A stretch of DNA of 64,000 bases from Amoeboaphelidium protococcarum X5. Lineage: Eukaryota; Fungi; Aphelidiomycota. Under the pieces are notes generated by a model that saw only the letters and a program-made list of their open reading frames with translations, made no database searches and was not told the origin of the DNA. The stretch lies in assembly GCA_023515725.1 (NCBI GenBank), contig JALDTO010000206.1, positions 516,189-580,188 on the forward strand, read 5' to 3'. Both the position numbers and the translations under genes were made by a program. Within the stretch, counting starts at the first letter, position 1; each line of letters starts with the position of its first letter. Below are positions 25,755 to 40,332 of this stretch, piece by piece.

Positions 25755-27767
25755 TCACGTTTCATTTATCAGGTTAAGAAGTTGCTATTAGTAAGTTTCA
25801 GTTACTGCGCGCACAGAGGCTTTCAGAGACGACAATTACTCTTGACATGTTTTATAATCAGCAATGAGCTGAGTGTGAGCAGCCTCCATTTGGTTGAGTT
25901 TGTCATTTACACGACTTATTTCCTCTTCATGACCAGTTTTTAGCTGATCGGCGTATTGCTCCAGCTTTTAAATATTATCATCAGCCCAATTCGATAGATC
26001 GGTATTGTACTACTGCAAGGACGCGAAATTAGATTAGTACTCTACCAAGCGTTTTTCCATGGTCTTGATTTACGCCTTCAATGCCTCATTGTCCATTTCA
26101 TCAAGCTTATCCAGCGAAATGGTTCTACTCAGGGAAAGTTGATCAGAGGATTTTCTTGGATCAGATCGAATTGATTCGCGAGTAAGTCTCTTAATCTAAG
26201 CATTACTCAATGACTACGATCTGTATTCAGATGTACGATTTGCAGTAGAAGACTTGAGGGAATCATTCTCAATAATCAAGCTCTCCATTTCGGTGTTGAG
26301 CGTCTTCAGTTCCCTATTAAGCGACTGAATCATCTCATCTTTGGAATGTAGCAGACTATCGGACTTTTTGACAGCGTCAGACAACTTGTCCTTCAGCTCC
26401 TTCACCTACTACTCGTGCTCAACCTACACTTTGTCTTGCTCAGAGAGAATTTTCTGCAACTAAAGCCTGAACCGACGTGCTGCAGATAAATCTTCATTTT
26501 ACAGCTATTACTGATCAGCGTCAGTTTGAACCTCGGCATTATAACCTGCCACTGGATCAACTTCAGTGAAAGCATCGATCAGAGCAAGACCTTCGTATTA
26601 AACTTCCGCATCAACAGCTTTGGACTCAGAGGACTTGCTCTGTTAGGATGACGCCAACTCAGATTCCAATTGAACAATCTTTGCCTAAAGTTGCTTAATT
26701 TCATCATTATCATTAGAGATTAGGCGCTTGATATCATCAGGAGGCGAAGAATCTGATGGAGTCTGCAGCCGATCTAAGATCATTTCCAACTGATCAAGAC
26801 GCTACTTAAGCGCGTCGTTCTCATCAGTCAATGATTATATCTTGGATTTTGACTATTTCTGGCTTGATAGTAGATTATTGCGCTCTTCTGTCACCGCCTA
26901 GAGCTAAGGATCAACATTGTCCTTGGACACCATCTACTACTATAACTGGTATTAAGCCGCATACAGCTCTCGCTCTAAATTCTCAGCCAAAGCATTAGCA
27001 GTGAAAAACTTCACCTCCAAATCACGAATTTCCTTAAAGTAACTTTATGAAGAAGCGGATAGCTTGTCTCCATCTTCAGTGACTTACTTGAGTTCCAAAG
27101 TTAGCCGCTTAATTTCAGCATTCTTCTCCGAGGCTTCCTCAGTTAGCGCGTCCACTTTTCGTTACAACTCAAACACTTCTAAATTTGCGCTTTCCGTCTG
27201 CTTCTGATCGACAGACGACTGCTTCTCCAGCTACTAAAGCGCCATTTAATGCTTCTCTTACGCCAACTAGTCAAGCTATCGACTAAGCATTCTGCTGTTA
27301 TCAGCTTCCATTTTCAGCGCCTTTTCGCTCTCAAGCTTCTCTTAGATAACCGCGTTATTCATGTCATCTGATCGATTAGCAGAGTGGGTATCATCAACAG
27401 CATTACCATTTTAATGAGGAGGCGGTGTGAGTCGATTGATATCAGTAGAATAAGACTCAAGATTACCTATTACTTAATCAAGCTTCAGAGCACTGTTGGA
27501 TAACTTACGCGGACTCTATCTCGGCAAGGTATCCTCATAAAGATTAACGCCTCCATTTTCCAATGTATCTCCGGCGAATTACTTCTACAATAGAGCTTTA
27601 TTGCTTTAAGTAATAGGCGATGCCATTGTTTCAAAAGCCCAATCTTTTTTCGTGTGTCTGGCGGATTCGTCACCACCAGGAGATCGCAGAGGTGATAAAA
27701 GAATCTTACGCCTACGAGGTGGTGCGCTTGGTTTTTATTTCTGTTACTACTATTACTATAAAGTCAT
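25755..27767 (-). CDS. Coiled-coil protein with disordered N-terminus, 670 aa
   Basis: 2013-nt frame from ATG (MTLQQQQQQKQK, mostly TAR codons) to TGA; heptad-rich. Confidence 0.8.
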
Positions 27768-28095
27768 TTAGTGTTATAATTCAACGCGTTTTTTATTGAT
27801 CGAATGATAAAGACCAGCGGTTTGAGTGTACAAGAAGAAAATCAAGTGCTTTAGGATCACTGGACGCAGCCAGTGCTGACATTGTTGTAACACGGCAGTG
27901 CCATTGCTGATTGGTTATACCTAGTCACGCGTAAGATTTTGAAAGATCGGGATTTATATGTGCAACCAGTCATTTAATCGGGACAATAATGTTTAAAGGT
28001 AGCATCATATCGTTTTCCAAATCGCACTATGATTGTTTCCATTTCGATCCTTAATTTTTTAACCAACAAAACAATATAGAAGCCGATTAACTAAC

Positions 28096-28743
28096 ATGGA
28101 TCTAGATCATCACCATTGTTATCTGTGTTTTGTCACTTTGGAACATCATTTGGCGACCAAAAATTTAGGATCGAACCATAAGGAAGCGTCTGTATGTACA
28201 CAGCTGTTGGACAAATTGTCTGCAGTGTTACCAGCTAAAGACTAGCTTTATCCGCTGTTTGTAACTTGGAAAGTGACCGAGGATCATAGATTGCGCGGCT
28301 GTATCGGTACATTCCAAGCTACTGCTCCTCTATAGTAGCTTCTGCCAGAATATGCGCTTATTGCCGCAATGCAAGACTCTAGATTTTATCCAATTAGCAG
28401 AGGGGAGCTTAATGATCTACACGTCACTGTGTCGTTGTTGTATAATTTTGAAACGGTCGATCAGTGGGACGATTGGGAGGTGGGCACTCACGGTATACGA
28501 GTTAGGTTTAAGAAAAGATACTCTGCCACCTTCTTGCCTGAAGTTGCACATGAGCAAGGATGGACAAAGAGGTAGACTATTGAGAGAGCGATAGAGAAGG
28601 CTGGTTACAACGGTGCGATTCCGGAAGAAGTATTCACATCCGAATCTTCATTAGTACAAGTAGAGCGATACTAGAGCCGTACTAAAAGTGTGTCTTACCA
28701 AGAATATATGGCATGGAAATCTAACCATTAAATTGAAAATTGA
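28096..28743 (+). CDS. AMMECR1: AMMECR1-domain protein, 215 aa
   Basis: PLFVTWK, LRGCIGTF, DSRFYPI, WEVGTHGI, ATFLPEVAHEQGW. Confidence 0.93.
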
Positions 28744-28867
28744 TTTCGAAATACTATAATGATTTTACTGTTTCTTAAGGTTTTAAATTAGGAATTTCCC
28801 ATCTCTTTCTCCTCACTTACTGTATCTTATTCTATCAGAAATTTGCAAGTGCGTATAATATCGCGGT

Positions 28868-29333
28868 ATGATTTAATTATTAATTACCATTATATTCTTG
28901 CTGGTTGGCATAGCGCTAATCTTGCACTCTGGCTACTCTGCGGCTGAAAGTAAGTTGATTAATTGTTTTGATTACTCCGATTCATATAGTGTTTGATGTG
29001 TATATGTAGATGTCGCGTTTATGAAGGCTCATCCTGACAAAAACTGGAGCAATGGGAACGTCGATTACGGGGCATTAGCAATTCTTTTCAATGCTCTAGG
29101 TGTACAGCTTCCCGCTGATGTTTTGGTGGAACTTATGCTAGGCGCTTTATTCAGCTTGAGTGGAATCATGTCGTATGTTACTCTCAAATATCCTATTAAG
29201 ACCATAGCTTATGTAGATCATACATCCAAGAATGAAAAGTACGCTCATATTTTACATTTATCTATACGCAAGAATGTTTAATCTATTCTAATGTAGGTTA
29301 ATTCTTGCTGGACTCATGAAGTAATCAATTTGA
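28868..29333 (+). CDS. EMC5: ER membrane complex subunit 5 (EMC5/MMGT1); intron about 28950-29009; 3' end uncertain (29333 with a second intron, 29374 without)
   Basis: TM-LHSGYSAAE...LPADVLVELMLG matches the EMC5 pattern. Confidence 0.7.
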
Positions 29334-29434
29334 ATTCGAGTAAATTATAAATTGTTCAAATTCACTACAATTGATCTTCTTTATTTCCATTTTGATCGCC
29401 CTCTCTCTCTCTCTGTTGGTGTGTATCTTACAAT

Positions 29435-30670
29435 ATGAAAGCGAAATATTTCGTTGAATATCAGACCTAATCTAATTTTAAGCAGAAAAATGGCCTTAAA
29501 GTAATAGATAACGATTTAAAGTAGGATTAATTTATGAAAGAGCATGTACAGAAGCGTGTGCCTTGTGTGTTGAACAGCAGCGACGCGTCAAAGCTTACCA
29601 AGAGGGCGGCAAAGTTCATCACTGGAAATGACTGTGAGCTGAGGCGCGTCAAAGTAGCCATAGAGTCAAAGCAATGTAACTAAGGCACTTTTGGCACGTC
29701 GAGTCAGAAATAGATTATTGAGTTTGGTGATTTTATCTTGCTCATTCGGAAGAAGGACACTGAGACAGACTACTATATGAGTACGCAATATGGTATAGAT
29801 TAAAAGTGCGTAATTAGCTCTGTATTAATGCAGCGCGATGTTATCCCTAAAGTACCAGCACTAGTGGACGCGTCTCAATGTCAGATGTTTGATGTCAACT
29901 TGTGGATGGGGTCAGCGGAGGCTTCATCGCGTTTGCATTTTGATTATCATGATAACCTGTACTACCTGTGTGAAGGAGAGAAGCATTTTATTCTATTTCC
30001 GCCATCATGTGCGCCTAATCTCTATCTTAATACTGAAGAGCATGGAATTGATCAAGTTCTAGTTGATTGCGACGGATTCATCGAATTTAGCACAGAGTCG
30101 CAGAGGAAACGAAGTTATAGATCCAGCGATGAAGAGGATAATTATGGAAGTGGTAGTGATGATGAGTCTGATAGCATTATTGCAAGTGGTAAGCGATAGA
30201 GAGTGGATAGTGCGGAGGGATTCGACTCGGAAATTGATTCAATCGACTGGAATGGTCACGATGATTTTGATGAAGAGGATATGCTCTCTGGAAATTCTAA
30301 TTATGGAGATGATGGTGATAGTGAAGCTGCTTCTACTATTTTATCGGATAATGTAGAGAGTGATGCTCTTAATAGCAAATCGAAATCTGAAAAGGATCCT
30401 CCGTCTTTTAGTCGCATTCCGGTGGGCGTCTTGCATAGTTATGTACAATCTAAAGGTTTGAAACTTGATCTATAGGACAAGAGCAATAGTGGTGCCAGTC
30501 TGAATGATTTTCCTTAATTGCGCAAATGTGATCCCACAGTTGTCACTCTTAAAGCCGGTCAGTGTCTATTTCTACCTGCTGGATGGTTCCACGAAGTCTC
30601 TTCCCGAAGTATTTCCAAGACCAACTTTCATCTCGCTATCAATTATTGGTTTACCTTGAAAAAGAAATGA
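29435..30670 (+). CDS. JmjC/cupin-8 2OG oxygenase with acidic insertion, 411 aa
   Basis: VNLWMG, SRLHFDYHDNLY (HxD), LKAGQCLFLPAGWFHEV, AINYWF. Confidence 0.88.
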
Positions 30671-30851
30671 TAGTGTTATAAGTTTACACTTGATTTACTG
30701 TATTATTTACTTTAGCGTTATTTATATCATTTTCCGTGGCGTATATTGCGGTTCCATTTTATACGACCTTGAGGTAAAAGAATACCATGTTACTATTCGC
30801 TATTTCTCTAATAGTTTGACGCGCCATTACAATCAATTGGCTTTATCTCGC

Positions 30852-31412
30852 ATGGAAGCGTTCTTTAATAGGCGCGTTATACTGTAGTCATTGCTATGTT
30901 TCAAGAGCTAACACAGTTTGTCACATATAATGAGGCGAGTGCCTGGAACAAGTTCACGATTGGATTGGCTTTATGATTTCGAAGCTCAGCTACAATTATT
31001 GTTAGACGAATGTAATCAGTTCGAACAAGACTAAAAGACTGCCGCTAAAGAGCTGAACGCGAGCATTGAAAAGTCCCACTTGGCTGATAATCTTTTACTT
31101 AGTAAACTCGATAAAATATCCAATAAAGTGTGGCCAGGTGAAGTCTCCGCTCTGTTATTATAAATTGATGCATTTGCTCGATACTCCGATATTATAATGC
31201 GTTCTTTCACCCACTTAATATCTTGGCTATTTTCTGTATCATTTCCCCATATCATGGCGCTTACTGTTCTTCAGTGGTTCCGGAGAGCAAACTATCGGGC
31301 GCGTGTTTCTCTCTTCCCCTTCCGCTTGGGTTTTCTTTCTTTCAAACTGAATTCACTTTCCCTTAAATTGCCCATTGCAGGTACGTATACTAAAATTAAA
31401 TAATTGGCATGA
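30852..31412 (+). CDS. Possible hypothetical protein (186 aa) whose TGA overlaps the SEC7 ATG
   Basis: TGA-free frame only; no motif recognised. Confidence 0.3.
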
Positions 31413-34400
31413 AGAAGGTGTTTATTGTTTCAGCGTTAAATTAGATTCTTGCATAGAAGAAGGCTGTCTCTCAGTACTCTTAGAATGTGCAGTCTGTTTT
31501 GAAGGCGTTTGAGCCAAAGGATGCTGAGAACGATGTTAACATTTTGCATCAACTGGCGGAGGTGGTCATTGAGTTGGTTAGTAGTAAGAATCCTCAGTTG
31601 GTTTTGTACTCTTTGGATTTACTTAGTAAAATGCTGTAGTATGATGCAGAACACTATGAGAAGTTTAGTACCAAGTTTTTGGAGGTTATTGAATTGGCAT
31701 CCACCCTGAATGACGAGAAGATCCAACTGCAGATCTTTAAATGTATCCAATCTGGTGCTGCTTAGTGGCATGAGCATACATTGCTGAAAGCCGTTCGGAT
31801 CATTTATAATTTCTACTTGCTAACTGGAAGTAATTCTCATGCTGGTGGTGTGGCTCAGTCCACTATAAGTTAGATCATTCAGAATGTTTTTGGTAGGATT
31901 GAAATACCGGAGCAGTACAAGGGTGATTATACATCATTCTTGAAGAATTAGAATAGATCTGAATTTGAAGAGGTTATTAAAGGTGCAAAGTAAAAGTAAC
32001 AATAATAATAATAGTCTCCACCAGAGAACATTGATAATCCTGATAATGTCGATCAAGTTGCTATAAGTTAGAGCAATGGTGATCATGCCATTAATAATGG
32101 CAATGCTCCATCTAGTCATGTTGATGAATTGCAGCAGTCAAATGTTCATAGTCCATAGAGTGAAGGTAGTTAAGCCGAGCCAGCTACTGCCGATTCATTG
32201 TAATCTGTTCCTCTTGGTGATGATGGATCCAATTTAGACTAGAATGACGCTCGCGCTGTTGCATCTGGCCTAGTGAATGATATAGTGGACCGTACTGTCG
32301 ATCCTCCTAAAGATACTGAGGATGATAAGAAGCCGGTTTAGTTAGAAGAACAGTAAAAGAGTTTGGATCAGGATAATAAAGTAGCGAAAGTTTAGTAGCA
32401 GCCTGCTAAATTGTCTCCTAACAGTTCAATTGCAAATAAAGAGGACTAAATATAAGTGTTCATAGACGTGGAGGTTGAGGTTAGTTAGCAGATGATGGTT
32501 TATTTGGAGGATGCACTGTTGTTGTTTAGAGCGCTATGTCGCCTTTCTATGAAGACTTTGCCGGAGGAGAAGAATGACAGATAGTCAAAAGACAACTTTA
32601 TGATTGCTTTAAAGTCAAAGATTCTAGCTTTGGAATTGCTGAACGTTATCGTATCTGATCATTTTAATGTCATATCGTCCGTTATTCCTATTAAAGTTCT
32701 GGATGAAAGTGGCAAGGATGGTGAGATGGTAAACGACTCGACGGTTGCAACTGGCGCTGGTAAAGACACTGCGGCAAGTAGTACGTCATTCGTTGAGTCG
32801 GTAAGGCAGTTCCTATGCGTGAGCTTGATAAGAAATGCAACCAGTCTGGTATCGGATGTTCTTGATCGATCTCTGGATATCTTTGTATAAATAGTCAAGG
32901 GAATGCGCCATCATTTGAAGAAGGAGATTGAGCTGTTCATGTATGAAATTGTCATTGGCCTACTGGACAATAACTAGTCTCTTGCCGGTGTAAAGAGTGG
33001 GTCATTTACAATCACCTACCATCAGAAACTTGCATTGATCAAACATATCACTCTGCTGTTTTAAGATGCTAGAGTTCTCGTGGATATGTTTGTGAATTAT
33101 GATTGTGATCCTGATGCTCTGGATAACATTATCGAGCGTCTAGTCACCTATTTGAGTAAGCTGATCGGCAGAAGTGATTTGAAGCTGATTTTACCATAGA
33201 GTGGAACGGAGAAGGGAAATGGTGTATTGACCAAGGATACTATCAGTTCTCTCGTCGGAGTTGGGAATATCGATGTCGGTCGCTTCAGTGTCCGTCAATC
33301 CAGTAAGGGAAACATATTGCAGGGTCGAGCTAGAGCTGGTTCTAATGCTTCTGCAGTCAGTAGCTCCAATGTACCTTCTACTTATTAGTCAGCTTCTGCA
33401 TCGAACAATGCTCAGACATTATCTTCTGGGTTCAAGCAACAATAGTCTATTCTGACGTAACTTGGAGTTCTGGGATAGGAACGTGAGAATAGTATCAAGT
33501 TTAGAGCTTTGGAATGTCTGGCTACGATTCTGGACAGTTTATTGTTGTGGAGTAGAGGTGCCTTTGAGCAGTAGTCTGTGAATGCTTTGAATATGGCTGA
33601 TAATGTGGAGAATGCCGTAAGTCCAGTGACATCTACTAACCAAGGGAATGGATTCAACGTTGGAGAAAGTTAAGGAGCAGGTGGAGTTTAATTATAGCAG
33701 TAATAGTCAGTTAAGGGGGAGGATGATTTTAATAGATTTGAGGCTGCAAAGCACTAAAAATAAGCAATCAGGGAAGGTGTTTAGTTGTTTAATTGGAAAT
33801 ACAAGAAGGGTTTGCAGTTCTTGATTGCTAATAATGTCATTTAAAGTAATCCTCCGTCTATAGCTTAGTTCCTACTTAGAACTCCTGGTCTCAACAAGAA
33901 AGTTATTGGTGAGTATCTGGGTGAGGGTGAGGAGTTTAATATCTCAGTTATGCATGCGTTTGTGGATGAACTCCAGTTTGATAAGTTGTCCTTTGTGGAA
34001 GCTTTAAGACTGTTCTTGTAAAAGTTCCGTCTGCCTGGTGAAGCTCAAAAGATTGATAGATTTATGCTCAAGTTTGCGGAGAGATTTCACTTACAGAATC
34101 CGGGTGTATTTTTAAATGCAGACACAGCGTATGTACTGGCGTATAGTGTTGTAATGTTGAATACAGATTAGCATAATCCGCAAATTAAGAAGAGGATGAC
34201 CAGGGAAGAGTTCATTAAGAATAATAGGGGTATCAGTGACGGTAAGGATTTGGACCCACAATTCCTTAGTTCTATATTCGATGAGATATCCCAGAATGAG
34301 ATCAAGATGAAGGATGAAGAAGGACTAGCAACATTGAAGAAAGCTAGCTCGGCTGATTTTGAGAGCCTTAGCAGTAGGTAGAAGAGGGAGGCCATTATGA

Positions 34401-37400
34401 GAATCAGATAGGATATATCTAATAAATCTGATGCTGCTGTAAGAGGCTTTGTGGATAAAGCCAAGAAGACTGGTACTTCATCTCCTTTCTACAGTGCTCG
34501 ACATACGGAGCATGCCAAGGGAATGATGGAATCGTTCTGGATACCGATTTTGGCGGGAATATCAGCGTCACTTTAAGAATGTGATATGAACGATCTGTAA
34601 ACTAGTCAGCTGGCCCTGATCGCTTTCAAGTCTGCAATCTGTATCTGTTGCAATTTTAGCCCAGATTTGGCCCTGTCAAGAAATGCTTTTGTATCCACAC
34701 TGACAAAGTATGCGTACGTTAGTCATCCAACAGAGTTTCTGAGTAAAGCTAAGAGTGTGTTATGCATCAGTTGTCTCCTGGATTGTGGTTATATATGTGG
34801 CGATGGTTTAGGCGAGTCGTGGGGTGATGTGTTGAGATGTGCCAGTAATTTAGAGCGCGTCGTTGGTAGAGGAAATGATCCGGCTCATTCTATGATCTTG
34901 GGAGTGGGTGTTAACATTGTTAACTCTTCTTCAGATGGTAGTACTAGTTCGAAGCATACTGATATGCATCGGAAGTAGAGAGATGCACACAATGAGGAGA
35001 TGGACCGCCAGATGTCCGCACAGGATAAGATTATCATTGAGTCAACTGCGTAGGCTCTTCTAGTGCAAGTTGATCGTATCTATACATCGAGTGTGAGACT
35101 GAATGGTTCATCTATTGTGGAGTTTGTGCGATATTTGAGTCAAGTCTCTATGGAAGAGATTCAGTAATCCACATCATCATCTACTCTGACTACGGTGCCG
35201 AGAATGTATAGTCTTACCAAGTTGGTGGAGATTAGTTATTACAACATGAATCGTATCAGATTAGAGTGGTCCAATATCTGGACAATACTGGGTGACCACT
35301 TTAATGTAGTTGGATGTCATGCGAATCAACACGTTGCCTTCTTCAGTGTTGACTCTCTGCGCTAGTTGTCGATGAAGTTTCTGGAGAAGGATGAACTTGT
35401 CAATTTTAAGTTTTAAAAGGATTTCATGAAGCCCTTTGAGTATATTCTAATGAAGAATCAGAGTATGGTGATTAAAGATATGGTGCTTCGTTGTGTTCAT
35501 TAAATCATACAGGCAAAGGCGGTCAGTATCAAGTCTGGTTGGAAAACATTGCTATCTGTTCTTAAGACTGCGGCCAAGGAGCCTCAGGAAGCAATTGTGA
35601 ATTTGGCATTTGATTCGTGCAAGTTTATCTTTAATGGTAAATTTATGGAGTCGCTGGTGCAGAACAATGCTTTTGAGGATTTCGTCAGCTGTCTGGTTGA
35701 GTTTGGACGTAATGGAGTGAGTAATAAGATCAGCCTTCTCTCTGTGGACATGTTGAACCAAACAGTGAGCAAGGTGATGGTGGTTATTGAGCAAATTAAA
35801 AAGGGCAAAAAGACCTTGGACATTGTGGTCGCATAATCTGCCGCTTCAACAGAGGCCGATTCTGCCCAGCTATAGTAGCCAGCAACTTCATAATCAATTC
35901 AGAATGTGAATAAGTCAGCCACGACTAATGATGATCCAATTATGCGCTTGTGGTTCCCCATCTACTTTGGATTCTATGAGATGATTATGACTTGTGAGTT
36001 GGAGAGCAGGACTAAGGCATTAAAGTATTTATTTGACACTTTGAAGGAGCATTCTGCAGAGTATACACCGGAATTTTGGGATGTTCTATCCAGAGGCGTG
36101 TTGTTTCCCATTTTTGATGATCTTAAGCTGACCAGGAGTGAGAAGCGGAAGTTTGAGAATAGAGAGGACATGACCGTGTGGCTTAATACCACTCTGATCC
36201 AAGCGTTGAGGTAGTTTGTTGATCTGGTGTCATTCAGCTTTGCCAGTCTAGAAAGTATGATGTTGGACGGAGTATTGGATCTTATCAGAGTGTGTTTCGG
36301 TGTGCCGCAGGAGAATGAGACTCTGGCCAAGATTGGAAGTTCGTGTTTGCAGCAGCTGATCGAATCAAATGTAGACAAGTTGACAACAAAGCATTGGGAC
36401 AAGATTATTGACACTGTAGTGTTTTTGTTCGAATCCACCACGGCGTCAAAGTTATTTGAACCGGATTTCTAGTAGGAGGTATTCGCGCGCGCAGAGAAGA
36501 AATCTGGTGATTAGCAGTAGTCCTAACAGTAGTAATAGAAGCATTCAAGAACTGTGTCTGTTGTCTCTGAATAGAGTCTGGACTCTCCACATAGTGCGAA
36601 ATAGCAGTCAACGGAGTCTTAGTAATAGTAATAGTAGGACTAAGAGCAGTAGTCGTAACATCCAGAATAGAGTTCAAATGACGTGTAAGATTCAGACTAG
36701 GTGTCTCATAGAAAGAGTCGCCACATAAAGAAGGACTTTCAGCAGATCATTATAAAGAGTGTCCTGCAGCTGTTGGTTATACAGACTGTGAGTGATCTGC
36801 TATCTGTGTCTAATTCCGTTCCAGTGTATAAGTATCTAGATGGGCAACATCTCTCTCGTGTTCTAAAGTGTCTTCAGGAGAGCTATGAGTTTGCCAATAG
36901 ATTCAATGGCGAAATGTAGTTCCGCGTGGCTCTATATAAGATTGGCTTCATGAACTAGTTGCCTAACCTTTTGAAGTAGGAGACCACCGCCATCAGTTGT
37001 CTATTGACTAGTGTTTTCCGCATATATAATGGGGTTTATGGATTATCAGCTGATACCAGCTAGTCTTAAGGAGCTAATGGGGTAATTAAAGACCCTGAAA
37101 TGGTGCAGTACGCGGAAGATTCTATTTGCAAGTATTCGGTGGCAGTGTTGACACATTTCAATTCACTTGAGCCTCAAGTTAAGTAGAGAAATATCCAGAC
37201 TTGGACTCCAGTTGTTGTCAAGATTCTGGAAGGACATTGCGCCATGTCCGACGCAAAGTACAAGTCAAACATTCCCTTGATTTACAAGCTAGTGTTGGAA
37301 GTAATATCAAAGCATGATCTGGCACAAGACTTGAGACGGGCTGTGTTTGAATGTCTGGTCAGAGTGGATCAAGTATTTGGCATTTCCAGCTCTGTCACTT

Positions 37401-37432
37401 CTAGCCTCAATGGACTACCATAATAATAATGA
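31409..37432 (+). CDS. SEC7: ARF guanine-nucleotide exchange factor Sec7/BIG, 2007 aa
   Basis: [17 protein letters not shown], Sec7 domain [55 protein letters not shown]. Confidence 0.96.
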
Positions 37433-37548
37433 GTTGAAACTGAATGAATATGAATAAATTATCATAATAGGGAATTTACACTGTTTTTGGTCTTTCACAA
37501 TATCCCGGAATACACCAATAGATGTTGATATACAGTATAACCATAAAA

Positions 37549-39287
37549 TCAATCCAAAGATCTTTCAACGACATTTGAAGGAAACAGACCATAAGATTTC
37601 TTACTTCCAATTGAGAGCTCTCCATACAGCCAACTGGGCTCCGGTTGTCCCATTACGGTCACATATTAGCCAGCATCCAAATTTAATTCATCAGAATTAA
37701 CTGCATCATAGTTGTACAAAACTTTAGCTTTCCACGGCTGGCCACTGACCTTGCTGCGGTCCAATACATTCTACGCACCTTTCTTATCCACGCCATTACC
37801 ATTTACACTAGGCGTTAGGCTGGGAGCAGTAGGCTGTGGAACAAAATTAGAATCAAAAGGATTATAGGACATACCTGAAGCAGGACTGGCGACACTTGCC
37901 GGCTGCTACTTGACACTATCTATCACCACCGACGAAGAAGCAGCAGCAGTGGGAATAGATGGCGATTCCTCCTCCATAAATGGATTGAAAGCATGTGTCT
38001 GAGCTATTGATGAAGCATTGACAGCCACTTTGTTCACTGGGGACGCAGTATTACTCGCAGGTGTAAACTGCTGATTAAGAGACAGATCACTGAAATTTTA
38101 AACATCCTCCTTGAAGGGATTAAAAGAATTCTACTTGCTCATACCAAAAGTGTCCACCGCATTAACTTGCGACTGCGCTCCATTCACTTAACCTTGACTA
38201 AAATTACCGGAAGCCACTCTAGATTGTTATTGCGACTTTCCAACACCGGAAGATGGTTACAGCGATGATGCTGGAGTTCCAATTTTAGCCGGTGTGGTAT
38301 TTTAACCATAAGCGCGGAACTCTGGAGCAGGCGGAATAGTATCACCAGTTCTCTTGCTTTTAACATATAAAGCTATATCATAACTGATATTACACTTTTC
38401 CAATACTTTACGCATATTCTCACATGACGCATCATCGTTCACACTAACTTGAGAGTAGGCGTTAGAGTACGTCCACAGACATCCACGCAAGAAATCAACT
38501 CTCTACTCTTCCAGTTGTTGAAACTCTTCACACGCACCAAAGAAGTCTTTAATCCAGGTGGTATGTATATCACGCATCTTATCACAAGCCTGAGCGTACT
38601 CCTACTCTGCTTATCTCGCCGCAAGCTAAGCTTTACTAATCTTCTGATCCAACTTATCAGCCTCTTTCGCCGTTGCCGTATTCCTCTACTTTTACAAAGC
38701 TTCCAACTCGGCACTCCTCTATCTGTACTTTTCCTCGCACTTGCTCAGTATAGAATGCTATGAATTCTTAGCCTTCAGAGCCTTCTCCACCACAGCCTAC
38801 TGCTCCTTCCTAGCATCCCTCTACTGATCAGTGAACGCCTCCAGTGGTTTCAGACACTTTGCCTTCAGCTCGTCGGCCAGGCTCGTTCTGTTTCGCGCGT
38901 GAACTTCCATTTCGTTTTTGAACGATTCTAACGCATTGCTGAGCGACGAGATTCCGTACGGATTCGTGTCCTGATGGTCTTGCTTGATGAGGTCCGTCAT
39001 CACCTGTGACTTGGCAATCTTTCCCAACTTCTTTGAATACTCCTCCTCCAAATCTATTCTCTACGAAATCATAAACTAGAGTTCTTAACACACATGCTCT
39101 ACAAATTTTAATTTTGTTGTTATTATTCAAGTTTATGATGTAATAATAAACAGTTTTAGTAAACACACTTACTTGCCAGTTTCATCCGCTCCAGCAGAGT
39201 ATCGTAGCCTTTATTGTAGTCTTCTCCCCAAAAGGACTCATTGAACCTAGGTACATCCGCCTATGATACACTCTAATCAGATGGCAT
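37549..39287 (-). CDS. F-BAR (FCH) plus SH3 protein of the Cdc15/Imp2/Hof1/PSTPIP family; exons 39287-39173, 39098-37549
   Basis: FNESFWG...GYDTLLERMK...EEEYSKKL; TGDTIPPAPEF; C-terminal SH3 AKVLYNYDA..DEL...GLFPSNVV. Confidence 0.88.
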
Positions 39288-39504
39288 ATCTCTCCTTGAT
39301 TATCCTATCTATACAGTCTGTAATGAGTATCTGAGGAATGAAGGTGGTGATGATGATGATAAAAGTTCCAGGGCGGTTTGAAACAAAGAACAAATTCTGC
39401 GAAACATCAAACTTCGCTGAGAATGAACGATCGGCCAACAGCGCCTGATTGGGTAAAGTAGAAAATTGCATTAAAAAGATCATGGCGCTAAATGTGTAAG
39501 AACA

Positions 39505-40212
39505 TCATTTATTAGTGACAACTTAGGCTTCTAGTTTACTTAAAGACTATTCCTCACCTTGCTAATCAATTCCGCCATCCTAAAGAAATGTCGAGTTCTT
39601 ATCCCTATTCCTATGCTGATGATACTTGTACCATCCTCCGCCTTGATATCGCTCGTAAAGATGAGCAACCGCGAGAAGTGCCAGAGCTCCCGCCGAAATC
39701 AAATATCCAACCACACCAATTGCACCCAATGGCTCGCCGTGTTCTTCATATCCAGGACCGCTAAATTACTGCTATTGCTACTTTTAGGATGATCTTCGAC
39801 GCGATGTATTATCAGAACGATATTACGAGTTCCGGTTCAATGATGACGATAATGATGATGATGACTACTAGGAAGGCTGTGCATGTCCGCCATCTTGTCT
39901 TTGATCATCTATCGGGAAATCGCGCTCAAAATGAGAAGGGAAATACTTGGTCATCCAGCCGGGTGGGGGTAGTTTAGATTCAGGCGGAGGTCTGATTGCA
40001 ACCACAGCAGTACTGGGCATTGAGGGAGGTTTATGGAGGACAATGTTGGTGTACCGACTGACAGGACGCGCGGCATTCAGCACTTCAGCTTCCGCATTCT
40101 AAGAGTTAATCAGCGATATTGAATCATCCTTACTACTTTTAATAACACTAGAATACCGTCTCTAGTTCTTTCCAGCGCAATATACTTGAAGTCTTATTAT
40201 CCTATTGTACAT
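39505..40212 (-). CDS. Hypothetical single-pass membrane protein, possibly mitochondrial, 235 aa
   Basis: Arg-rich N-terminus; one TM segment (LGAIGVVGYLISAGALALLAVA); ATG-to-TGA frame. Confidence 0.7.
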
Positions 40213-40332
40213 TTTACGAGATTTATATCTTCTTTAGTGTGATTGAATTGAAGAACGGTAGAGAGGCGAGCCCTTTCTTGACAGAACGCGCAAGAAAATA
40301 TCATCATCATCATCATCTCGTAATATCATACA

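Noticed and set aside
25161-25839. One long intron joining the two coiled-coil genes, or a small gene in the gap
   Set aside because: The upstream gene reaches its own TGA at 25755 and the downstream gene has its own ATG exon; trial splicing of plus-strand frames hits TGA.
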